Notes: generated by a model from the sequence alone, not told the origin. Numbered from the stretch's first letter, positions 26,195 to 34,417 are shown. The stretch: DNA of 36,066 nt from Thermoactinomycetaceae bacterium (GCA_025449475.1 JANWJM010000018.1:1-36066); one strand, 5' to 3'. Program-made: numbers and translations.

Positions 26195-26924
26195 GCTTCC
26201 CTCGTTTCAACTTGTTATTTTTCTGCGATGATGGATGGAGTCCACACTCCACTTTCACAAATCCTGCCCATCTTCCTGAACGAGGATCCTCCCCAGGTTT
26301 TACCGGTTGCGTACAAGGGTAACAGCCAATACTTGGGTAATGCTGATCATGCAACGGATTATAAGGGATTTGATGTTGATGAATATAATCCCATACCTGT
26401 TTTTCTTTCCAATAGGCCAATGGATTCAACTTCCACAAACCAAACGTCTCATCCCACTCCACCACTTCTGTATGTGCACGAGTTTTTGATTGTTCGCGTC
26501 GAATTCCGGTCATCCATCCTTTGTAATGGGACAACACACCCTTAAGAGGGGCAACTTTGCGCAACGAACAGCATTGGTTGGGGTCTCGCTTCCATAACTC
26601 ATCACCATAGCGCTTACTTTGTTGATCTAGCGTTAACTGAGGAGTGATCTCCAAAAAGGAACATCCATACTTTTCTTCTAATTGTCGCTTCACTTGATGT
26701 GTTTCCGAAAAAAGTAGATGCGTATTGATAAAAAAAATATCCACGTTTTGATCTACTTTTAAAATCATATCGACTAAGGCAACATCTTCATAACCAAAAC
26801 TGCAAGCAAATGCCAACGAAGATGCTCCCAAAGTGGTTACACCCCAACGAATAATTTCAATCGGATCGGCATCTCTGAACGCAAAGGCGACTCTTTTCTG
26901 ATCAAAAGCGACTGCCTTTTCCAT
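26181..26924 (-). CDS. cysH: adenylyl-sulfate/phosphoadenylyl-sulfate reductase (thioredoxin-dependent), Fe-S type
   Basis: C-terminal ECGLH. The Cys pairs NQCCSLR and GCYPCT are typical of APS-reductase-type CysH. Overlaps sat by 14 nt. No cysC in the window. Confidence 0.92.
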   Translation of the reverse strand: MEKAVAFDQKRVAFAFRDADPIEIIRWGVTTLGASSLAFACSFGYEDVALVDMILKVDQNVDIFFINTHLLFSETHQVKRQLEEKYGCSFLEITPQLTLDQQSKRYGDELWKRDPNQCCSLRKVAPLKGVLSHYKGWMTGIRREQSKTRAHTEVVEWDETFGLWKLNPLAYWKEKQVWDYIHQHQIPYNPLHDQHYPSIGCYPCTQPVKPGEDPRSGRWAGFVKVECGLHPSSQKNNKLKRGKHVDV

Positions 26925-27045
26925 ACTTCCTCCTTCCTGTTCTACACTATATTCTATTTTAGGAATTCATTCCCATGACCAGAACATCATTTTATGTAAT
27001 TAAACAAATAAAATACACTCCTCTTGATTTCCTCGCCTCAAAGTA

Positions 27046-27082
27046 GAAAGGTTGCCTCTCTCTGCATGGGATGCAACCTTTC
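27046..27082 (-). terminator. hairpin downstream of gerQ (terminator-like, no clear U-tract)
   Basis: GAAAGGTTGC / GCAACCTTTC 10-bp stem with a 17-nt loop. Confidence 0.45.
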
Positions 27083-27132
27083 CTCAAACACATATTCAAG
27101 TACAAAAGACGGAAGAAATACGCAACAATTTC

Positions 27133-27417
27133 CTATTTTGTGGCGAGTCGAGCGGGTTGGTCAAACACCACATAATCGATATTAATATTTAACAGCATAT
27201 AATCTTTTCCTGAATTTTGATCTCGAATCACCACAAAATCGCGTCCAACTTCTCGGATCGTTCCCTTTATGATTTGCGCATTCCACTGTTCGTTATTCTC
27301 ATAGGTTAGATAAATAGTAGCAACTCTGCCAACGTTTCGGTTCATTAAATCTTCCGAATAGACTCTCTCTCTCTGTTGGGAGATTTGCGTATAAGGATAT
27401 GGATAACTCCAATACAT
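27133..27417 (-). CDS. gerQ: spore coat protein GerQ (short form)
   Basis: The core GRVATIYLTYENNEQWNAQIIKGTIREVGRDFVVIRDQNSGKDYMLLNINIDYVVFD matches the GerQ C-terminal domain as recalled. It lies immediately downstream of cwlJ. Confidence 0.8.
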   Translation of the reverse strand: MYWSYPYPYTQISQQRERVYSEDLMNRNVGRVATIYLTYENNEQWNAQIIKGTIREVGRDFVVIRDQNSGKDYMLLNINIDYVVFDQPARLATK

Positions 27418-27446
27418 ATTCTTTTCTTCCCCCTACTGCTCTGGAA

Positions 27447-27869
27447 TCAATACACACTTGGACAATTATTCGGTGATGGATGATAAAAACAATGGCTTTT
27501 ATATCGACCACTATTCCATTGGTTATACCACGTTGGAGGGCAAGCTTCTGTTGGGCGGAAAAACCACAAGGCATATGTAGCCGGATCATATCGTTCTCCT
27601 TGGACAACCCTTCGCGCCAAACGAATCTCTCGATCCCTTGCATGTTGATAAAAATATGGTTTCTGTACCGCTTCAAAACCGCCTGGGCTTTGAAACACCA
27701 TTCTCTTAATGGTGTCAATCTCCTCAAAATCCAAACAATCTCCACGCACACGATTGACCCCCACATTTCCTACCAACAGCATACCCATCTCTCCATCGCC
27801 TTCTGCCTCAGCTCGTATCAATCGCGCTAACAATCTTATTTCTTCTTCTGTTGCTCGGATGACGGCCAT
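27447..27869 (-). CDS. cwlJ: spore cortex-lytic cell wall hydrolase CwlJ
   Basis: 140 aa. LLARLIRAEAEGDGEMGMLLVGNVGVNRV...FEAV is the SleB/CwlJ hydrolase-2 domain. SD AGAGGTGA. A CATAGATAT mother-cell-sigma-like -10 lies about 26 nt upstream of the ATG. Confidence 0.9.
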   Translation of the reverse strand: MAVIRATEEEIRLLARLIRAEAEGDGEMGMLLVGNVGVNRVRGDCLDFEEIDTIKRMVFQSPGGFEAVQKPYFYQHARDREIRLARRVVQGERYDPATYALWFFRPTEACPPTWYNQWNSGRYKSHCFYHPSPNNCPSVY

Positions 27870-27960
27870 AGGATCACCTCTTCGATATATCTATGTTGGA
27901 TCGATCCAAAAAAGACCTTTTTCCATGCCACCCACAATATTGGGAAAACTTTCAAGTATA

Positions 27961-28013
27961 ATCAGAACATATATTTGCATATAATGAATACAAATGCAAA
28001 TATATGTTCTGAT
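27961..28013. repeat. perfect 20-bp-arm palindrome (13-nt spacer) carrying two LexA(Cheo-box)-like sites
   Basis: ATCAGAACATATATTTGCAT (27961-27980) and its exact reverse complement (27994-28013). Each arm holds AGAACATATATTTG, to be compared with the GAAC-N4-GTTC consensus. It sits directly upstream of a Y-family polymerase gene. Confidence 0.6.
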
Positions 28014-28029
28014 TTCGGAGGCTCTGCAG

Positions 28030-29259
28030 ATGAACGCTCGTATATTTCTCATTGACATGCAATCATTCTATGCCAGCGTTGAAAAGTCTCTTCACCGAGA
28101 ATTGCAACATCAACCCGTTGTTATTTCTGGAGATCCAAAAAGGAGAAATGGGATCATCTTAGCGGCCTGCCCCATTGCCAAATCATACGGAATTCAAAAT
28201 GCGATTCCACTATGGGAAGCCCAAAAACGCTGTCCACAGCTTATTGTACTCAAGCCACGGATGCAACTATACTTAGATGTTTCTCTTCGTCTCACCCAAA
28301 TCTTAGAACGGTTTAGCGATCGAGTAGAACCTTACTCGATTGACGAACAATTTATTGATATCCAAGGAAGCGAATCATTATTTGGATCACCTTATCAGAT
28401 TGCCCGGAAGATCCAAACAACCATAAATAAAGAACTTCATTTATATGCTCGGATCGGCATGGGCCCAAACAAAGTCTTGGCGAAAATGGCATGTGACCAT
28501 TTTGCAAAAAAGAGTCCAAACGGCATTTTTTACTTAGGACCAGAAAACATTCACACCCACTTATGGCCTCTCCCCATCCAAAAATGTTTCGGGGTCGGTC
28601 AGCGAATGAGTAAACATTTGCAACGGATCGGCATTCACACCATTGGGGAACTTGCTCATTCTCCTTTGCCATTACTCAAGAAATATTGGGGAGTCAATGG
28701 GCATGTGCTCTGGATGACAGCCAATGGATTTGATTTATCACCGGTTACCAATCAATCCTTTTCCACCCACCAAGGGATTGGACATCAAATGACTCTTCCC
28801 TATGACTACCGTACCCCTGAAGAGATCGAGGTGGCGCTTTTGGAACTATGTGAAGAAGTCTGCCAAAGAAGCCGTCGCTACCATCTCGCCGGGAAAACGA
28901 TCACAGTCCATTGCCGCAATTCCTTGAAACAAGCAACAGGGGGATTTTTACGGCAAATGTCTCTCGACTCTTTCAGTAATCAAACTTCGAAAATTTTCAC
29001 CTATGCCAAGAAATGTTTTTTTCGCTTCTGGAATGGCGAGCCTGTCCGATCCATAGGGATTCGCCTCTCAAACTTAAAACCAGATCACCACATACAATTA
29101 AATTTGTTTGAAGATGTTGAGAAAAAACGAAAACTTGGCTATGCCATGGATCAGATCAAACAACGATTTGGATTCACTTCGATTCTATGGGCATCCTCAC
29201 TTCTTCCAGCAGGGCAAGCAAAAATCCGTGCCCAAAAAATAGGAGGTCATTTCAAGTGA
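28030..29259 (+). CDS. Y-family (DinB/UmuC-like, YqjW/UvrX-type) translesion DNA polymerase
   Basis: IFLIDMQSFYASVE, SIDEQFIDI and helix-hairpin-helix region GVGQRMSKHLQRIGIHTIGEL. The start was moved to the ATG at 28030 (GGAGG, then 8 nt). The track start at 27994 lies inside the palindrome. Confidence 0.92.
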   Translation: MNARIFLIDMQSFYASVEKSLHRELQHQPVVISGDPKRRNGIILAACPIAKSYGIQNAIPLWEAQKRCPQLIVLKPRMQLYLDVSLRLTQILERFSDRVEPYSIDEQFIDIQGSESLFGSPYQIARKIQTTINKELHLYARIGMGPNKVLAKMACDHFAKKSPNGIFYLGPENIHTHLWPLPIQKCFGVGQRMSKHLQRIGIHTIGELAHSPLPLLKKYWGVNGHVLWMTANGFDLSPVTNQSFSTHQGIGHQMTLPYDYRTPEEIEVALLELCEEVCQRSRRYHLAGKTITVHCRNSLKQATGGFLRQMSLDSFSNQTSKIFTYAKKCFFRFWNGEPVRSIGIRLSNLKPDHHIQLNLFEDVEKKRKLGYAMDQIKQRFGFTSILWASSLLPAGQAKIRAQKIGGHFK

Positions 29260-29591
29260 GCCTACTCCATCGAAAAAACAGGTTATGGGAAGGGAGTCGT
29301 ATGTTCTTACCTGAACATCGTGAGCAACTTCAAACTTTACGAAAAAAGCAACAAGAAAAGACATTGCCAGAACTGGCTGAAGATCAAATCGAAGAATTCA
29401 ACTGGTTGTTGCAAGAGGCATTGCACCTTGAATCCCCGATTATCCTGGATTATATAAAAGAAAAGCAATGCCAATCCTTCTGTGGTTTTGTGGAGGAGTT
29501 GAATACTTATGAAAGCTATTTACTCATCGTAAATGGACAAGAAAAACGAAAAATCTTTTTAGATGAGATCTATCGCATAATCCCTCTCTGA
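29256..29591 (+). CDS. YolD-like protein (accessory partner of Y-family polymerases)
   Basis: GTG start in a GTGA overlap with the polymerase stop, 9 nt after AGGAGG. W-x-GSRMFLPEHRE...LPELAEDQIEEFNWLLQEA resembles YolD/YqjX proteins. Confidence 0.78.
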   Translation: MSLLHRKNRLWEGSRMFLPEHREQLQTLRKKQQEKTLPELAEDQIEEFNWLLQEALHLESPIILDYIKEKQCQSFCGFVEELNTYESYLLIVNGQEKRKIFLDEIYRIIPL

Positions 29592-29621
29592 TGGTCAGCA
29601 AAAAGGTAGCAGAAAGACAAA

Positions 29622-29645
29622 TAAGCCGATCCAATGATCGGCTTA
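29622..29645. terminator. bidirectional terminator between the YolD-like gene and hom
   Basis: TAAGCCGATC-caat-GATCGGCTTA. T-rich on the hom side (TTTGTCTTTC). Confidence 0.78.
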
Positions 29646-29648
29646 CAT

Positions 29649-30959
29649 TTATTTCGAAGCATGAGCAGCTGTCAACTGCTCTTCGGCGATCCCGTTGCCA
29701 TAGGCTAAAACGGGACGAATTTTAATTTCGTTAATCTTTCGTTTCCATCTTTCCTGCAGACGTTCTTCCCAATTTTGATCCAATGCGTCAACCGTAAAGG
29801 CAAAAACCGTACTCTGACCATATTTCTCGCTCACCCAATGTCTCACTTGTCCAAACTGTTTCATCGATTCGATAAAGTTTGCCTGATCTTTGTCGGAACA
29901 GACATGGTTCATTTTTAATAGGACGAAATTCTCTCCAATTGATAAATCATTTGCAGGCAACAAAGACTTCGAGGAGCAAATATTGTAAACAGGAGGTAAG
30001 CGAAAAGCATTTACCATATCTTCCACCACAGCACTTGCTGTTGGTTTTTCACCCGCACCTTGACCAATCAAGGTCAAATCTTGAACTTGATCGCTTTCAA
30101 CATAGATCGCATTGTAAACACCATGAATATTTGAAAGAGGATGAGCCACAGGTAACAATGTTGGACGTACAGAAGCCATCACAGGGCCATCTTCGCCAAA
30201 TTGTTCTGCTTGTGCGATCAGTTTCATCCGATATCCGAGCGACGACGCTAATTCTAACTCGGATAAGGTGACGTCAGAGATTCCTTGCACAAAAATATCT
30301 TCCACGGATACATGGATGCCAAATACAATTCGGATCAAGATAACCAGTTTATGAACCGCATCCCATCCATCCACATCGGCTGAAGGATCTGCCTCTGCAT
30401 AACCTTTGTCCTGAGCCTCACTCAAAACATCTACAAAACTCCGCTTCTCTTCTTCCATTTGAGTGAGAATATAGTTGGTCGTTCCATTGACGATCCCCAT
30501 CACCTTACGAATCCGATTAACTTTTAAAAAGTGTTGCAATGTACCAAGAGCCGGAATGCCTCCACCTACACTTGCTTCAAAAAGAATCTGTACCCCATGA
30601 CGTTTTGCCAGCTGACTTAGCTCCACACCATGTTTAGCGACTAATTCTTTATTAGCTGTGACAACATGACATCCGCGCTTGATTGCTTCTTTTAGATATG
30701 TCAGTGCGGGTTCGATTCCACCCATCGCTTCAACCACTACATCAATGCGATGTTCGAAAAGATCCTCAAAACGATCGGTTAGTAAGTTTTCGACTCCTGG
30801 TAAATTTCGCTTTTTATGGAGATTGCGAATCAGAATACTTTTTATATCGAAAAATTTGCCCGTTCTCTTAGCAATCAAATCTTGGTTGGATGAAATCATT
30901 TTCCATACACCCGTGCCGACAGTACCAAGCCCTAACAATGACACATTTACTTGTTCCAC
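29649..30959 (-). CDS. hom: homoserine dehydrogenase (with C-terminal ACT-like domain)
   Basis: GLGTVGTGV NAD fold, conserved VTANK and GAGEKPTASAVVEDM. 436 aa. GTG start 9 nt after GGAGGG. Confidence 0.95.
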   Translation of the reverse strand: MEQVNVSLLGLGTVGTGVWKMISSNQDLIAKRTGKFFDIKSILIRNLHKKRNLPGVENLLTDRFEDLFEHRIDVVVEAMGGIEPALTYLKEAIKRGCHVVTANKELVAKHGVELSQLAKRHGVQILFEASVGGGIPALGTLQHFLKVNRIRKVMGIVNGTTNYILTQMEEEKRSFVDVLSEAQDKGYAEADPSADVDGWDAVHKLVILIRIVFGIHVSVEDIFVQGISDVTLSELELASSLGYRMKLIAQAEQFGEDGPVMASVRPTLLPVAHPLSNIHGVYNAIYVESDQVQDLTLIGQGAGEKPTASAVVEDMVNAFRLPPVYNICSSKSLLPANDLSIGENFVLLKMNHVCSDKDQANFIESMKQFGQVRHWVSEKYGQSTVFAFTVDALDQNWEERLQERWKRKINEIKIRPVLAYGNGIAEEQLTAAHASK

Positions 30960-30985
30960 AGCTAAGTCCCTCCAGTGTTAAACGT

Positions 30986-31160
30986 TAAAAATAAAAGCCA
31001 TCTTCCAAATGGACAAGAAGAGAGCATTGTATTCCAAGTTCTTCTCATCTCTCAGCTTCTAATAAATATAGATGCTGCAGGAATTGGCACCATGTTTGAG
31101 CCATCAAACTGGTTGCCGGGTTTCATTGGGCCCGTCCCTCCACCACTCTCGATAAAAAAT
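30986..31160 (-). promoter_or_regulatory. SAM-I (S-box) riboswitch with terminator/antiterminator expression platform
   Basis: Minus strand reads UUUUUAUCGAGAGUGGUGGAGGGACGGGCCCAAUGAAACCCGGCAACC...GGUGCCAAUUCCUGCAGC...GAGAGAUGAGAAG, which matches the S-box core almost base for base. The P1 3' strand AUGAGAAGA can alternatively pair with UCUUCUUGU. A downstream hairpin is followed by CUUUUAUUUUU. Confidence 0.9.
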
Positions 31161-31190
31161 TACAATCCTCGTATGAAACTGTTAGCTATA

Positions 31191-31220
31191 ATTATGTATG
31201 AATACCTCCCGTTTTGTCAA
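31191..31220 (-). promoter_or_regulatory. candidate sigma-A promoter of the S-box/hom transcript (TTGACA, 18 nt, CATAAT)
   Basis: TTGACA at 31220-31215 and CATAAT at 31196-31191. It lies inside and overlaps the 3' end of the upstream ORF. Confidence 0.5.
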
Positions 31221-32025
31221 CTCTGTTTTGCAATCGTCCCAGACATGCCATCTCGATCTCCACACAATCACCACACCCGACATCAACCGCTGAAGAAGAA
31301 AAAAAAGTGCTGATTATCCCACCAGTAGACAGATGATCACTCTCGGAATACATTTCACGAATCGTAACAAAGCGATGCCAAAGGTTGATCTGTTGTTGGT
31401 AAATCATCTGTTCATTTCGTCGAACTATAAACCATTGATCACCGAATTCCTTCCAATCATCTGTCACCAACAAATAGGGGCCGAGAGAAGGAATCCATTC
31501 CCCCTCTTTCAACCAATAATTAATCAATGAACATGCTATCAAGCTTGACTCTCCTTTTTTTCGTCCAACCATAAAAGCAACCCCTGGAAGAAACTTTTGG
31601 GCATTCGGTATGGGCAGATCGGGCCAAAGAATCGACGAAGGATGTAGAGAAAGATTTTTGGAATGAAGAGAAGGGGGGACAATCAACTTATCTGATTCAA
31701 GAAGGGGAGATAATAATTGAGTCTCATCTACAGGAATCGAGATGGGTTCACCATGAATCACCAGTTTGGACCAATCTTCCTTCAAAATGACTCGATACAT
31801 TCGCGAGAGGATCACGAAAGAATGCTCATCACTCATCAAACACTGCATCAGTTTCATGGGCAAAAGAAACGAATCCGATAGTTGCCGATAGTAAATGAGC
31901 CATTGCTGCGTGAAGCCTATATCGATAATCCAAGAATTTTCAAGCCATCCCAAACGAGCCCCAGCACTACTTGAGGATTGGATACTCAGATCATCCTCTT
32001 TCACTCGATACATCACAATCTTCAT
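31192..32025 (-). CDS. fumarylacetoacetate-hydrolase-fold protein, apparently lacking the catalytic metal-binding motifs
   Basis: The C-terminus STGGIISTFFSSSAVDVGCGDCVEIEMACLGRLQNRV resembles the FAH-family end (PGD..TGTP.GVG...GD.VE.EI.G.G.L.N.V). The expected E-x-E and D motifs are not visible. Start at ATG 32025 (AGAGG upstream), with alternatives at 32043 and 32013. Confidence 0.7.
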   Translation of the reverse strand: MKIVMYRVKEDDLSIQSSSSAGARLGWLENSWIIDIGFTQQWLIYYRQLSDSFLLPMKLMQCLMSDEHSFVILSRMYRVILKEDWSKLVIHGEPISIPVDETQLLSPLLESDKLIVPPSLHSKNLSLHPSSILWPDLPIPNAQKFLPGVAFMVGRKKGESSLIACSLINYWLKEGEWIPSLGPYLLVTDDWKEFGDQWFIVRRNEQMIYQQQINLWHRFVTIREMYSESDHLSTGGIISTFFSSSAVDVGCGDCVEIEMACLGRLQNRVDKTGGIHT

Positions 32026-32084
32026 TCGTCTCCGACCTCTCATAAAAAGGTTTTCTATATATACGAATCAGTGGGATCGGATAT

Positions 32085-32106
32085 GAAAAACGATAGGAAG
32101 CCTATC
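32085..32106 (-). terminator. short hairpin plus U-tract after the glycosyltransferase gene (weak terminator)
   Basis: Minus strand reads GATAGG-ctt-CCTATC followed by GTTTTTC. The stem is only 6 bp. Confidence 0.35.
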
Positions 32107-32128
32107 AAAAATGGGCCTCCTATCCAAT

Positions 32129-33253
32129 CTACAAAATATGCGCATGCGCAGCGGATAATTTTAACGTCTCTTTTACAATCTCTTCCGCAGCATGAGGGGA
32201 GAGCAAACGATAAAACCGTTTTTGCATCTTTTTGGGATATGAATCAACCATAAAAAAGTGATTGATCTGTACTTGGATGGTATGAGGACTTGTAGCAACA
32301 CCGACACCGTGTCGAATCATAAACTCTTGATTTGCTTCTTCCTGCCCAGGAAAAGACTCAAATAAAAACATGGGCAATTGTTTGGCAATTGCCTCACTCA
32401 CTGTTACCCCACCTGGCTTTGTGACCAACAGGTCAGCAGCAGACATCCAAAGAGAGATATTTCGACAATATGGCTTGATATGAATATGTTGATCCCGATA
32501 ATGCTGATTCAATAGATGATACAATTTCGTATTCTTTCCTGTCATCACAGCGAATTGAAGATCTGACAATTGCCTCAATTCAGCGACCAGATCTTCCAAG
32601 GGACCAAGACCCGTTCCTCCGCCCATGACCAGTACAACCGGCTGATCATGCTTTAATCCCAATTGATGTCTTGCATGTTCCTGAGAAACTTTTTTATAAA
32701 ACTCAGGTCGGACAGGAAGACCCGTTTCGATGAATCGGGCACCTGTTTTCCAACGAATGCGCTCAATGGATGCTGAATGAATCAGTCCCTTCGGTAAACA
32801 GAATATATCAGGGACACGCATCAGCCAAATGGGATGAAGTTCATAATCAGTCACTACCCCAACACTTGGCAAGTACTGCCACTTAGGAGGCAACAACAGC
32901 AGAGCAAATGGATGTGTTGAGACAATTTTGGTCGGTTTCCAATCAAGTAATAGTTGGTTGATTTTCTTCCGGATGGTCCAGCCCATCTTTTCAATAAATT
33001 CACTTGACACATAACGAATGACTTTTGATTGATGAGTCCAGTCATACAAACAATGATAAAAGATTGGAAAACGCGTGAGCATTCCGTTGTACCCATTTTG
33101 TAATATTGGATGAAAGGTTTTGGGAATGAGCTCAAGTAAATCAATCATTTCAGCATGAACACCCGGTATTTGTTGAAACGACGCACACAATACCTTGGCT
33201 GTTTCATTATGGCCGGTACCAAAACCCATAGAAAGAAGTAGTATTCGTTCCAT
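32129..33253 (-). CDS. MGDG-synthase-family (UgtP-like, GT28) diacylglycerol glycosyltransferase
   Basis: N-terminal ILLLSMGFGTGHNETAKVL. C-terminal LLVTKPGGVTVSEAIAKQLPMFLFESFPGQEEANQEF parallels UgtP (ITKPGGITLTEA...PGQEKENA). SD AGGGAG. Confidence 0.88.
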   Translation of the reverse strand: MERILLLSMGFGTGHNETAKVLCASFQQIPGVHAEMIDLLELIPKTFHPILQNGYNGMLTRFPIFYHCLYDWTHQSKVIRYVSSEFIEKMGWTIRKKINQLLLDWKPTKIVSTHPFALLLLPPKWQYLPSVGVVTDYELHPIWLMRVPDIFCLPKGLIHSASIERIRWKTGARFIETGLPVRPEFYKKVSQEHARHQLGLKHDQPVVLVMGGGTGLGPLEDLVAELRQLSDLQFAVMTGKNTKLYHLLNQHYRDQHIHIKPYCRNISLWMSAADLLVTKPGGVTVSEAIAKQLPMFLFESFPGQEEANQEFMIRHGVGVATSPHTIQVQINHFFMVDSYPKKMQKRFYRLLSPHAAEEIVKETLKLSAAHAHIL

Positions 33254-33706
33254 GTGTTGACTCCCTATCTGATTAATACCTCTAGACGGTTCAAAATAGA
33301 TAAAAAAACCTTCCTCTTCTGCAGACAGTTCACTCTAACAGAGATTTCCATTTATTTATTATGATTGATCTACCATCTTCATGATTTCAGATCAGCGAAA
33401 GCGACGAATCGATCAGACAAGGACTGGTAATTGATCCATCTGAAAAATGCTTGAACATGAATCCAATAAAAAGGTGATCCATCGAATAATGCTTAATCTG
33501 CAATTCTTCAATCAACAATTTCTATTTTAGCATTGTAAGTATCGCAAAAAAAGGTCATACCTATACCCGGAATCATGTAACAGGCAGAAGATTGAATTTC
33601 CCTCATGCGCTCCCTTCCCAATCAAAGGAAATAATATCAGATTATAAATGATTTTTTGATTTATCGAAAGGGTCAAATGATTATTAGAATACTTTTATCT
33701 ATTTTC

Positions 33707-33737
33707 AAAAAAACCACCCAGCCGAAGAGGCTGGGTG
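33707..33737 (-). terminator. rho-independent terminator of sodA
   Basis: Minus strand reads CACCCAGCC-tcttc-GGCTGGGTG followed by GTTTTTTT. Confidence 0.88.
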
Positions 33738-33753
33738 ATTGTTGAATACCGAT

Positions 33754-34368
33754 TTAACCACGCGCTTGTTGATACCGTTTATTGACTTCTTCCCAGTTGA
33801 CTACATTCCAAAATGCTGCAACATACTCAGGACGTTTGTTTTGATATTTGAGATAGTAAGCATGCTCCCAAACATCCAAGCCAAGGATGGGTTGTGCCCC
33901 TTCCATTAATGGACTATCTTGGTTTGGTGTACTTGTAACAGCCAACGCACCATCTTTGACAACCAACCAAGCCCAGCCGCTTCCAAAACGCTTAATTGCA
34001 GCGTCTGTAAATGCTTCTTTAAATTGATCAAAACTACCAAAAGCATCATCAATCGCTTTTGCTAATTCGCCAGTCGGAGTTCCACCGCCATTGGGGCTTA
34101 AAATTTCCCAGAAGAGTGTGTGGTTTGCATGTCCCCCACCATTGTTGCGCACTGCTGTGCGAATGCTCTCGGGAACTTGATCAAGATTGGAGATTAATTC
34201 TTCGACTGATTTATCAGCAAGTGAAGCATGACCGGATAATGCATCATTCAAGTTATTCACATATGTAGCATGATGACGATCATGATGAATTTCCATGGTA
34301 CGTGCATCAATATGAGGCTCCAGAGCATCAAATGAATATGGTAAAGCGGGTAATTCATGTTTCGCCAT
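33754..34368 (-). CDS. sodA: Mn/Fe superoxide dismutase
   Basis: [33 protein letters not shown]...[18 protein letters not shown]. The start was moved to the ATG at 34368 (AGGAGG, then 8 nt). The track's 22-codon extension runs into the promoter. Confidence 0.96.
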   Translation of the reverse strand: MAKHELPALPYSFDALEPHIDARTMEIHHDRHHATYVNNLNDALSGHASLADKSVEELISNLDQVPESIRTAVRNNGGGHANHTLFWEILSPNGGGTPTGELAKAIDDAFGSFDQFKEAFTDAAIKRFGSGWAWLVVKDGALAVTSTPNQDSPLMEGAQPILGLDVWEHAYYLKYQNKRPEYVAAFWNVVNWEEVNKRYQQARG

Positions 34369-34417
34369 TAGAGCATCCTCCTGTTTTTTGATTATGTAGT
34401 CATCCCTATTATCATCC

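Noticed and set aside
26962-26973. GGAATTCATTCC palindrome in the cysH promoter region, considered as a CymR-type operator
   Set aside because: When I aligned either strand to the 27-bp CymR motif as I remember it (..ATMGGAATTW), most upstream positions mismatched. A 5-bp-arm palindrome is too short to be meaningful alone.
26925-27132. S-box or other riboswitch upstream of cysH-sat
   Set aside because: None of the S-box core strings (GGTGGAGGGA, ATGAAACCCGGCAACC) or other riboswitch cores I know are present. Only a gerQ-distal hairpin is visible.
27994-28029. N-terminal extensions given by the ORF track: polymerase from 27994, YolD-like from 29187, sodA from 34434, YerD-like from 16278, kinase-like from 21096, RsfA-like from 18393 and FAH-like from 32043
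   Set aside because: In each case an internal start has a proper SD at 5-10 nt, and the extension runs through a palindrome, promoter or upstream gene. The homologous N-termini begin at the internal start.
30975-31313. 112-aa plus-strand ORF
   Set aside because: It runs antisense across the SAM-I riboswitch and the end of the FAH-like gene. The riboswitch explains the sequence conservation, and there is no SD.
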